From Orbicella franksi (lineage: Eukaryota), in NCBI GenBank assembly GCA_964199315.1, contig OZ116705.1, forward strand, positions 11,470,001 to 11,534,000: 64,000 bases of DNA, written 5' to 3'. Position 1 is the stretch's first letter. Each line of letters opens with the position of its first letter. A model generated the notes under the pieces. It saw only the letters and a list, made by a program, of their open reading frames with translations. It was not told the DNA's origin and searched no databases. A program made the position numbers and the translations under genes. Shown in pieces: positions 32,701-43,121 of this stretch.

Positions 32701-33517
32701 ATATTCCCATTTCCATTTATAAAGAGATCGAGCTGACCATACACCGGCTAACCTGTGCCGTATATTTCAGGCTAAACGGAGCACAAGCTCTATATAAAGG
32801 AAATGGGAATACAATATTCTTAAAAAGTCTGCAGTCTGCATGTTATCCTCTCTGCATTTTAACCACCGTTGTGCAGTAGGCAGGCTTTGTCTTATTTAAA
32901 TAATTAAGCTTAAGTTCTTGTTTGTGAAAGTTCTCATTTCCTTCATTGTGGATAATATTTCTGTTTGCTAGGCCCATTGCAGAATATGTGAAAAGGTTTC
33001 AGTTTTGTGAAAGAACACTCCGAGCACGAGATCGCAGATATTTCATACTCAAATGGACTGATCATTTTTACTGCTAATTCTTCAAAATCATCTTCAGATA
33101 CAATGTTTTCCTATACATATAAGCTATTCTGTGACCAAGTTACACGCTTCTTTACGTTACCGATCACGTAATAAGGGCAATTTTACAGGGCGAATAGTCA
33201 AAATTTTGCCCCACATATTTCCAACGGAGAGCGATGACTGTAACACTTTACATACACTTTCTGCAAGATTTTTCGGTTATAATTAAAATCTACTTACCTC
33301 TAAAGAAAGAAAAATGATAATCACTCCTTGAGATCCAAATACAATACCATTTGAATCTGGAATGATTGGAGAAATCTGCCTCAAAAAGTTGTATCAGCGA
33401 GAGGCGACGACGCCATTTTCGAAAATTTTGTGCATTTGCGCGCTTCTATCGCCGTGACGTCATAATGGCCATGATCATAGGGTCAGCCAAATCTGACGTG
33501 TTCACCTCTCCCTCCTG
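29784..33517. mobile_element. 3.7-kb hAT/P-like DNA transposon, decayed
   Basis: 8-bp TSD AATTAATC on both sides; 18-bp TIR CAGGAGGGAGAGGT(C/G)AAC; perfect subterminal inverted TGGCCATTATGACGTCAC; no intact transposase ORF. Confidence 0.88.
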
Positions 33518-34319
33518 AATTAATCTTAAAAATATTTCTTTTTGCCTCGATATGAATAGTTGTGTTATTTTTTTCCCTATAACCCTTAGCGCGCCCTCAG
33601 GGTGTGTAAACTCTGTGGCATTTGTTCTTACAGAAAAATAACGGCAAGGAGATTCGAAATATTAAATGATCATGATTTGAACCATATAACAACAGTTTTA
33701 TTAGATCTGAGATCCATACCCAAAATAACAAGATGCTCTACTGAATTTACTAAAAATACGCTCTGAGCATGCTCTGCCCATTACAACTCCGACTGCGAAT
33801 TCGTTACGTAAATGTTATGATTTGCGCTGTCTCAGCGAAAAGTGGGAGCTGTCACTTCTCATGATCACAAAAAACTACTCAATGAATTTAATAAGACATG
33901 CACTTTTACGGTTCCTGTTAGGCTTGAACGGTTTTCCCGTAAAATGAGCTTCGGTCAATGTTAGGGATGACAAACGTGCAATGATCATCACATTAACTCA
34001 TATATATTAAAATATCAAACAACTACAGGAACAGCATTTATATAAATACATTGCTTGTTTGGTTTTAGATTACGTGATGTTCGTGATTAAACGCTACCTT
34101 TATTTGCTACATTGGTTGGGGACTTCAATGTTTAAAAAAAACCGAAAGAACAATTAGGTCTGCATGACATTGGTTTTGCCTTCAAAAATCGAAATGGCTG
34201 CCTCTCAGTTTATTTGCGATATTTAATTTGTGCGTTTGCCGTCAGTTCTCGGTTTCCACTTAGTGAGATATCAGTGCAATGCATGTATGTGTAAGGTCAT
34301 TTCGACTCAATAAGTAACA

Positions 34320-36026
34320 TCAATTCAATATTGCAGTCAGCCAATCAGACTCCGCTCCTGACGAGCTTATGTCGGCATTCTCTCCTTCACTTTCACTTTG
34401 CTGCGGACCATTGTCGATTGTGTGACCGCGCGTGATTACGCGTATGAAATCGAGACGTTCCTGCGCTTTAGGAGGTTGTAAGTAGAGGCCCATCTCCACC
34501 GCCTTGTTCTTCGCCAAACGAGCAAACTCTTCTGCCTCCGTGAAATTGCTTCGTCGATATTCCAGATCAGAACTAGACAGGTAGAAGTAAACTTTGTCTA
34601 CCAACGTCATTTCCGACCAGTACTTGTTTCTCAGCGTATCTAAGCACCACTGTGCTTTCGCGATAAATTCTTCATTTACAGTGCGTTTTCGGGCGACATC
34701 GCTGTCGCAATCGAGCAAAAGTATTGTCATTGCGAGCAACGCAAGCACGAAGAGCTGCTTCACAAACAAATCGCTGTTTTCTGTTTCCAAATGCAGGCAG
34801 ACGTCGATGTACTTTTCCAGATTACTTCGAGCTTCATTGACTAGTTTCAGGCTTCGATGGGGAGTGCGTCCGATGAAATCTATTAATATACTTGCTCTCT
34901 CCCAAGCAATCAAGCTTGTGTCGAGGCCCGTTTGACACCCAGCAATATTTTGCCAGGCTAGATTCACACAGTGCTCAGCCTCTCCTAGGCTTCCTTGTGT
35001 TCTCAAGATTTCTGCTCGATAGACGTAGCCCCTACCTGCCAGAAGCTGAGGATTTTTTGCTTCAGACATGAAACTGAACGCCTCGTCGATCAACTGTAGA
35101 GCGCGGTCTGGCTGGTTTTGGTAAGAAGCTTTCATGCTTTGTTCCAGTTTTATGGCTATGTGAGTGTCTGCATCAGTAAACGTCAGCAATAGATCGCTTG
35201 CGTGTTTATAAAAATCTTCACTCTTAAAGCTGTTACGGTATGACCGAAGCTGATTCGTAACCCACCAGGATCTTTTGTACAGCATAGTACTCTCTTCAGA
35301 AAGGGAAGGTGGACTTAAGGCAAACAATAGGGAAACAGTGCTCTCTTTAGTCATTTTCTTAGCCTTGCCTGTTTTTGATGATATCATGGGTCCTGTTTCT
35401 AGCGTGACAGAAATTTGGCAGATCGTTTCACAAGCAGTGTGTTCCTTTAAACTTCTCTTTTTCCCTCTTCTTTTCAGTTGAATGGCATTTAAAGAAAAAC
35501 TGATCTTGTATCTTGTGTCAGTTTCGTGGAAGCGGAACAGGTAGCCGATAACTCCTATCATAGATGCGTCTTTGCCGCTTTTATTCAGCTCACTTTTGAT
35601 GCAGTTACACTGATAATCAGGCAATTTAAGACTAGATGCACTTTCTCCATCATAACTTACTGCCACTGTTACATCGTAATGACCTCCGATGTCAAGCGCC
35701 TCCCGTGTATGTTGATTCTTACAGACCAGCAGTTGTACTAAGTGATCGATGTCACAATCAGGGAAGCCAAGTCTACTCCGACCAACGCTCAAAAGTCCGC
35801 GTGGTTTCCAGAGTTCTCTCAACACAGGACCACCTTCATCGCTGCTTTCAACTGATCTAAAGTTCAGGACATTATCGCTTCCAATTTGCAATGTGCCAGC
35901 GTTTATGTTCAAAACAATGGAGTTGTCACTTCGTGTCGTTTCCCGCTCCTCCTCGCTCTGATGACATCCGGGAACATCAGTCTCAAAGCAGGGATTGATG
36001 TCGAAATTTTGGGAACCAGTAGCCAT
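34320..36026 (-). CDS. RHIM / beta-domain / TPR-like protein, copy E, 568 aa, intronless
   Basis: Intact ATG ORF; VLNINAGTLQIGSDNVLNF. Confidence 0.9.
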   Translation of the reverse strand: MATGSQNFDINPCFETDVPGCHQSEEERETTRSDNSIVLNINAGTLQIGSDNVLNFRSVESSDEGGPVLRELWKPRGLLSVGRSRLGFPDCDIDHLVQLLVCKNQHTREALDIGGHYDVTVAVSYDGESASSLKLPDYQCNCIKSELNKSGKDASMIGVIGYLFRFHETDTRYKISFSLNAIQLKRRGKKRSLKEHTACETICQISVTLETGPMISSKTGKAKKMTKESTVSLLFALSPPSLSEESTMLYKRSWWVTNQLRSYRNSFKSEDFYKHASDLLLTFTDADTHIAIKLEQSMKASYQNQPDRALQLIDEAFSFMSEAKNPQLLAGRGYVYRAEILRTQGSLGEAEHCVNLAWQNIAGCQTGLDTSLIAWERASILIDFIGRTPHRSLKLVNEARSNLEKYIDVCLHLETENSDLFVKQLFVLALLAMTILLLDCDSDVARKRTVNEEFIAKAQWCLDTLRNKYWSEMTLVDKVYFYLSSSDLEYRRSNFTEAEEFARLAKNKAVEMGLYLQPPKAQERLDFIRVITRGHTIDNGPQQSESEGENADISSSGAESDWLTAILN

Positions 36027-37228
36027 TTCAGTCGGTAAATTTCAATTTTCACGCTTGCCGCAAGTCACCCAAAGAATTGTCAAAAAATCAAACTTTTTTG
36101 TGCACTGTTAAAACCCGTGCTGGTCACTGATCAGAGTGATACCCGTGATTTTCAAGCACCCGTGATGGTCGTCTCGGACATGCCTCTCTTGACCGTCACG
36201 GGATCGTCACGTAACTATTCAGTGGAAGCCCACCTTACCACGGCAGTTTTTTTCTGGCCGGAGCAAAAGCTCATCCGGTCATTGTTTTCTTTAAAGAACC
36301 CCGTAAATAAGGTTCCCCCGTCAATACGAACAGATTTTTGTGGCGCGTTGGTGACCGGATTAACGAGGTTGTACTTAGTTGGGAAATTAATTTTCACGGC
36401 TTTGAGCCGGATATACCTCAAGAAAAATTGACCAATCCCGCAAAACGCGAATGTCCCCCTCTAAAATCAAAGGGTGTTTGGAGAAGGTTTTCACGATTTA
36501 GGACCTACAAAGGAGGCCTCTCAGTGGAGGAAAGATACTTGAAAAATTTCTCAAGTTTGTCCTTGGCCTAATAAAAAATTCTTTTCTCTGAAGTTTCTCT
36601 TGGTTTCCGTGAACAGTATCCCTTGTTCCTTTGAACCAATTTGAAAAATATTCTTTATTTCCTCGAAGTAAATGGCCATGTTCCTTAATTTGTACCCCAT
36701 TACCAAGAGCGAGCACTCAGTAAGTCTAAACTCTGTAGCCGCTACAGAAAAAATGAATACAAGTAGAATAAACAGCAGTTTTACTGACTCTGAAATCTAT
36801 ATCCAACGTAACAAGATAGTCTACTGAATCTAATTAAATCGAATAAAATATTCTATTACACTCTTTATTTGATAAGAATACATTTTATACGAAATTTTAA
36901 GATGATATTTTATGAATAAACCCGAGGCTGAGATTTTGAAAAGAATCTAACTTTGTGCGTTAATAGAATTACTGTATATGATTTTAACTAAACCATATAA
37001 AATTCAAAAGCAGCACTAGCCGTATGTTTGATGCAAATAACATTTCTGGAAGAGGTTAGGTGTGTCATATCCAGTATTTATTGCGTGCAGTCTGGCTCCA
37101 AAATACCATCCAGACACCGAAAACATTCGAAAATAGAAATGGCATTACGCTATAATCTAAGAATATTCACAAGAATATTTTCACTGAGCGTAAAATCGGC
37201 AGAAAAGCAATAATATTTAGCCTCGGCC

Positions 37229-37330
37229 GGAGTAGCAATACTCCTAGTCGCTTCATGCTACAGATACCGGCCGGTGGGATAAGTTCTGGCCTGACTACCC
37301 ACTAGGTTCGTATGCAAACTTTACCCCTTT
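37229..37330 (+). mobile_element. 3' fragment of tRNA-derived SINE
   Basis: Similar to the 3' part of the 54801-55090 element (aatactcctagtcgcttcatgctacaga...actttacc). Confidence 0.7.
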
Positions 37331-37644
37331 ACCTAACCTTTACATCCTACATAAAGTGATTGGAGAATGATTTTAAACAGACCCAAGGTTAAGCTTAACC
37401 CAGAGTAGGTCTGTCTTTGCTGCCTTTCACGGTATAAGCTATCTTTAATTTGCTTGTGAGTCTTTACTGTTGCTCAGTTTCGATACAATCAGATATCAGT
37501 GGAGTATGTTAAACTTCGTTAAATTATTTCCTCGAAAGGAGGAATTTCTCGCGCATGCTGTTGTTTATTCCTAACATGGCGCCAGTGCGTGACTGTTAAC
37601 CTGGTCTGCACAGAACTGACGTAGTTTTGACTCAGTGAGCAGCA

Positions 37645-39423
37645 TCAATTCAATATTGCACTCAGCCAATCAGACTCCGCTCCTGACGAGCTAATGTCGG
37701 CATTCTCTCCATCACTTTCACTTTGCTGCGGACCATTGCCGATTGTGTGACCGCGCGTGATTGCGCGCATGAAATCGAGACGTTCCTCCGCTTGGGAAGC
37801 TTCCATTTTGTGATTTGTCTCCACCGCCTTGTCCGTCGCCAAAAGCGCAAATTTCTCTGCCTCCACATAATTGTTTTGTCGGTATTCCAAATCAGAACTC
37901 GCCAGGTAGAACAGAGTCCTATCTCCCTGTCCCATTTCCGCCCAGTACTTGCTTCTCAACATGTCTAAGCATGACTTTGCTGTCGCGATAAATTCCTTGC
38001 TCACGGTGCGTTTTCTCGCGGCATCGCTGCGGCAATCGAGCAAAAGCATTGCCATTTTGACGTACACAAGCACGAGAAAGTGGCGTTTCATCACAGACAA
38101 TCGGCTGTTTTCTGTTTCCACCCGCCGGCAGACGTCGATGCACCTTTCCAGAATACGTCGAGCTTCATTCACTAGTTTGAGGCTTCGCTGGGGAGTGCGT
38201 CCAATGAAATCCATCAGCATACTTGCTCTCTCGTAATCAATGAAGCTTGTGTCGAGGGTCGTTTGACACGCAGCGATGTTTTGCTCCGCTAGTTGCACAT
38301 AATGCTCAGCCTTCCCCAGGTCTCCTTGTCGTCTAAAGATTCCCGCTCGATAGCCGTAGCCCCTACCGGCAAGAAGCTGCGGATTTTTCGCTTCAAACAT
38401 AAAATTGAACGCCTCATCGATCAACTCCAGAGCGCGGTCCGGCCCGTTTTGGCCGTAACAAGCTCCCACGCTTTGGGACAATTTAACGGCTATCCGTGTG
38501 TCCACGTCGGTAAATGTCAGCAATAGATCCTTTGCGTACTTGTCACAACCTTCATAGTTAGCTCTGTCAATGCGTGACTGAAGCTGATTCACAACCCACC
38601 AGGATCTTTTGTACAGCGTTATGCTCTCCTTAGAAAGGGAAGGTGGATTCATCAACGCAAACAAAGGGGAAACAGCGCTCGCTGTTGACCTTCTCCCTGT
38701 CTTGCCTGATTTGGATGATGCCACGGGCCCGGTTTCCAGTGTAACCGAAACTTCGCTGATGGTTTCACCGGGTGTGTGTTTCTTTGTTTTCTTTCTCCCG
38801 CTTCTTTTCGATGGAATGGCGGTCAAGGAAAAACTGATCTTGTATTTGGTGTCAGGCTCGTGGAAGCGGAACAGATAGCCGATAAGTCCTATCATAGACT
38901 CATTTGTGTCTCTTTCAGTTTCGCTTTTGATGCGTTTACACTGATAATCAGGCACTGATTTAAGGCTAGATTCACTTGGTTCATCGTAACTTACTGCCAC
39001 TGTTACATCGTAACCGCCTGCGATGTCAAGCGCCTCTATTGTATGTTGATTCTTACAGACCAACAACTGCACCAAGTGATCGTAGTGACAATCAGGGAAG
39101 CCAAGTCTACTCCGGCCAACGCTCAGAAGTCCACGGGGTCTCAGGAGTTCTCTTAACACGGGACCACCTTCATCGCCGCTTGTAACCTTGCTGGGATCTT
39201 TAGAACTGAGGATCGGATCATCCACGGTTCTAAAGTTCAGGACATTATCTCTACCAATTTGCAATAGACTGGCGTTAATATTCAAAACGAAAGAGTCGTC
39301 ACTTCCGCTTGTTTCTCGTTCTCCCTCGCTTGAATAACTTCCAGGATCATCAGTCGCATTGTAATCATCTGAAGCTCCGACTGCATCGCATCTTTTCACG
39401 TCGAAATTTTCACCAGTAGCCAT
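37645..39423 (-). CDS. RHIM / beta-domain / TPR-like protein, copy F, 592 aa, intronless
   Basis: Intact ATG ORF; VLNINASLLQIGRDNVLNF. Confidence 0.9.
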   Translation of the reverse strand: MATGENFDVKRCDAVGASDDYNATDDPGSYSSEGERETSGSDDSFVLNINASLLQIGRDNVLNFRTVDDPILSSKDPSKVTSGDEGGPVLRELLRPRGLLSVGRSRLGFPDCHYDHLVQLLVCKNQHTIEALDIAGGYDVTVAVSYDEPSESSLKSVPDYQCKRIKSETERDTNESMIGLIGYLFRFHEPDTKYKISFSLTAIPSKRSGRKKTKKHTPGETISEVSVTLETGPVASSKSGKTGRRSTASAVSPLFALMNPPSLSKESITLYKRSWWVVNQLQSRIDRANYEGCDKYAKDLLLTFTDVDTRIAVKLSQSVGACYGQNGPDRALELIDEAFNFMFEAKNPQLLAGRGYGYRAGIFRRQGDLGKAEHYVQLAEQNIAACQTTLDTSFIDYERASMLMDFIGRTPQRSLKLVNEARRILERCIDVCRRVETENSRLSVMKRHFLVLVYVKMAMLLLDCRSDAARKRTVSKEFIATAKSCLDMLRSKYWAEMGQGDRTLFYLASSDLEYRQNNYVEAEKFALLATDKAVETNHKMEASQAEERLDFMRAITRGHTIGNGPQQSESDGENADISSSGAESDWLSAILN

Positions 39424-39966
39424 TTCGCTCGGTAAATTTTTTTTTTTCGCAGTTGTCGTTGCTGCGCAGCAGAGCGAAAACGCATAATATAGGCATGCGC
39501 GGGAGCCTGCTGTGTTTCCAATCTCTGTCGAGATTCTATTTAACTTGCGTGCAGGCTGTGGTTTTTATTCGTTGTAATTTTATTCCACTTTATTTGAGTT
39601 TTTATCTATTTATTTTTGTGTTTAAATTTAGATCTTTGTAATTTAATTAATGAACGAGTATACGGGTATACAGCTTTATGGCCTCTTCTCGGCGTTCTCC
39701 TCTGTGTCATGTCAGTAATTTAGTTAATCAAGGCTGCTCGTGTATGCTTTGTGACAGCTGATACATTTATTTTTTGGAGTATTCTCAATGCTTTTTGCAT
39801 TGTATTTTCATGTCTTATTATATTTTAAATTACTAAACTTCTACTTGGTATAATTTTAGGTAATTCTTATTGTATATATTTTGAATTTTAATTTTTAATA
39901 TACTGTGTCCCTAATAAGCTCCTTGTTACTTAAGAGCTAGATATTCTCAACTGGCACATAAATAAT

Positions 39967-39998
39967 CTTCTTCTTCTTCTTCTTCTTCTTCTTCTTCT
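39967..39998 (+). repeat. (CTT)n microsatellite, possible retroelement tail
   Basis: ~11 CTT units preceded by an AT-rich tract and AATAA. Confidence 0.9.
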
Positions 39999-40379
39999 TT
40001 GTTCATTTAATCTTGCACTCATGTCATTACCCACTTGGTGACTGTGAAGCTCTGCTTTCTGGCTAGTCGCTGTGACGTGCAAGCGAATTTTTAAACGACG
40101 TGGGGAGGAGGGAGAGTGTTTGGCAAACTAACGTCCTCGTTAGCCTGAATGATTCATAAGCCGACAAGCGAGCCCTGTTTATTAGTCGCTAAAATCGCGG
40201 TCAAATCAACTTTCATCACCTTTCATGGAGTTAATGAATAACCCAGGGTCTTACTGACAGATCTCAGCGTATGATAAAGGAGAGAATTTTTACATGCGGG
40301 CCGGATTTCATTTCCTCTCTAAATAGAGTGAAGTTGATATGTTGCGTGACTGCATGTGTCATCTGAACGGCCTCTTCTC

Positions 40380-40390
40380 GGGGATTCCCC
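40380..40390. promoter_or_regulatory. NF-kB site upstream of copy F
   Basis: GGGGATTCCCC in context homologous to the copy C promoter; ~960 bp upstream of the ATG. Confidence 0.55.
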
Positions 40391-41356
40391 TCTGCGAGGA
40401 TGTTAGAAACAAAATTAACTCGTCCTGTTTCAGTGACCGTACTTTAGAAAATCTGTCGTTTTTATGTCCCTCATAGTTTTACTTAAATTGAGCAGTTCGT
40501 TTGGAACTGGACTATGGTCTCGGTTCCTTATTATCCTGCTAGTAGATAATGACGCCACCTTTTGTCAAGGATATGCTCGTTTTCACGTTCATCACAAATC
40601 TTGTTCCCAGATTTTTACGGTTAGCGATTAAACCAATAGTATCGCGGGCTCAAGTAACGAGATTGCGTCTATTACACTAAGAAAAAAAATTGTATTTACG
40701 ACATGTTTTACAATAACCGCAGAAATTCTCGCGCGCTCGTTGACTAATTGTCATTGACAATAAGCGGACTGACACATGAATTTGTAACTTATGTTGACGC
40801 AACGAGCGAGAGCGGACAATTTGACAATTTGTTTTATAACATAACTAAAGCAAAGCGCGCTCTCTGATTGGTTAATTTAGCGTCTACTATTTGCCCATGG
40901 GTGTACGCTGCTGACGTGTGTGCTAATGTTTACAAAGCAAATCTTTTGACAGACACTGTTTCCAAAGTAATGGCTGACGTTCTTCTTCCAGAAATGCGAA
41001 ACTGTCTTCACAGTTGTCTGAAGATGAAACTTTATCGAGTTACTGATGTGCAGTCGGTTGTCATGAATGAATTTTCGCGCAGTTGTTTTCTCTTGTCATG
41101 TAAGACTACACGAACATTTTTTTTGTGATGTAGCTCAATAAAAGGACTTCTGTTGTTCCAATGTCTCAATGTTATGTTATAAAACTCAAGAAGCTAGAGT
41201 CGCACTCGGCTACCGCCTCGTGCGACTCTTACGCTTCTTTCGTGCTTAGCAACCTCCCGCGTGCATCGATAACTCAATAGTGCACGCTATGGCGTTTACC
41301 ATTTGTTAAATTTAAAACTGACGTCAATTAGATTTACCCAAGCCTAAAAGTGGAGC

Positions 41357-41430
41357 TAGTAGTAGTAGTAGTAGACTTTATTGGAGAGGGTAACATTTGA
41401 CACTAACAAAACTGATAAACTAATGGCCCT
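41357..41430 (-). mobile_element. LINE-like 3' end
   Basis: Revcomp ...gagggccattagttt...ccctctccAATAAAgtc(TAC)n tail. Confidence 0.5.
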
Positions 41431-42379
41431 CGAAATAAACACAAAAAGGAAATTAGTTAAAATCACTATGTAAAACGTATAAATATGGCTAATTTACATG
41501 AATTACTAATCATCTTTCCGACATTTCGTCTTTCGACCAAGGCATATCACCCGTACCGAACGGTATTGGACAACAACAACAAAAAGACTCGAGGAAATCT
41601 ACATAAACACTTTATTCATATCACTACCGTCTGAGTATCTGCTCATTACGACTCCGACTGCGAATATTGCTAGTGACAACCAGTTTTATCTTCGCTTGGA
41701 CGTAAATGTTATGATCTGCGCTGTCTCAGCGAAACAGGGAGGTGTCACCTCTCTACTACAGCTCGCGGAATGAAAACATGATCACAAAAAACTACTCAAT
41801 GAATTTAATAAGAATTGCAGTTTTACGGTTCCTGTTAGGCTTAAACAGTTTTGCCGTAAAATAATCATGAAGACTCTAAATTAACAAACTGTTTCTTGAC
41901 TTCTTACACAAGATTCTAAAATTGTTATAATGATCGAGACATTGACTTATCTCTTTCCACCGTAAATAGTGGTCAAGAATAACTTTAGTCTGATCGGAAC
42001 TTCGGTCAATGTTGGGGATAACAAACGTGCAATGACTTGAAGTCATTTATATTAAAAGATAAAACAACTACAGGAAGAGCATTTATATAAATGTATTTAT
42101 CTGGTTTCAGATTAGGTGATGTTCGTCAGATTAGGTGATATTCGTCATTAAAGGCTAGCTTTATTTGCTACATTGGTTGGAGACTTTAATGTTTAAAAAC
42201 CCCGAGAGAACAGCTAGGTTTCCATTACAACGGTTTTGCCTTAAAAAATCCAAATGGCTGCCTCTCAGTTTATTTGCGATATTTAATTTGTGCGTTTGCC
42301 GTCAGTTCTCGGTCTCCACTCAGTGAGATATCAGTGCTATACATGTATGTGTAAGGTCACTTCAACTCAATAAGTAACA

Positions 42380-43121
42380 TCAATTCAATATTGCAGTCAG
42401 CCAATCAGACTCCGCTTCTGACGAGCTTATGTCGACATTCTCTCCTTCGCTTTCACTTTTCTGCGGACCATTGTCGATTGTGTGACCGCGCGTGATTACG
42501 CGTATGAAATCGAGGCGTTCCTGCGCTTTAGGAGATTCCAAGTAGAGGCCCATCGATCTCCACCGCCTTGTTCTTCGCCAAACGAGCAAACTCTTTTGCC
42601 TCCGTAAAATTTCTTCGTCGATATTCCAGATCAGAACTAGACAGGTAGAAGTCGACTTTGTCTACCAGCGTCATTTCCGACCAGTACTTGTTTCTCAGCG
42701 TATCTAAGCACCACCTTGCTTTCGCGATAAATTCTTCGTTTACAGTGCGTTTTCGGGCGACATCGCTGTCGCAATCGAGCAAAAGTATTGTCATTGCGAG
42801 CTACGCAACCACGAAGAGCTGCTTCACAAACAAATCGCTGTTTTCTGTTTCCAAATGCAGGCAGACGTCGATGCACTTTTCCAGATTACTTCGAACTTCA
42901 TTGACTAGTTTAAGGCTTCGATGGGGAGTGCGTCCGATGAAATCTAATAATATTCTTGCTCTCTCCCAAGCAATCAAGCTTGTGTCGAGGCCCGCTTGAC
43001 ATCCAGCAATGTTTTGCCAGGCTAGATTCACACAGTGCTCAGCCTCTCCTAGGCTTCCTTGTGTTCTCAAGATTTCTGCTCGATAGACGTAGCCCTTACC
43101 TGCCAAAAGCTGAGTAGCCAT
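42380..43121 (-). pseudogene. Copy G: E-like pseudogene lacking RHIM and middle domain
   Basis: MAT fused to QLLAG (969-bp in-frame deletion relative to E), TTG>TAG at 42801-42803, 4-bp GATC insertion at ~42555. Confidence 0.92.

Noticed and set aside
38698-38721. ASSKSGKT in copy F matches the [AG]x4GK[ST] P-loop pattern, hinting at an NLR
   Set aside because: The first position is not conserved in other copies, it lies in a low-complexity basic linker, and there is no Walker B or NACHT context.
10651-43121. Numerous + strand and alternate-frame ORFs overlapping copies A-G
   Set aside because: Antisense or frame shadows of long coding sequences; they recur only because the genes are paralogous.
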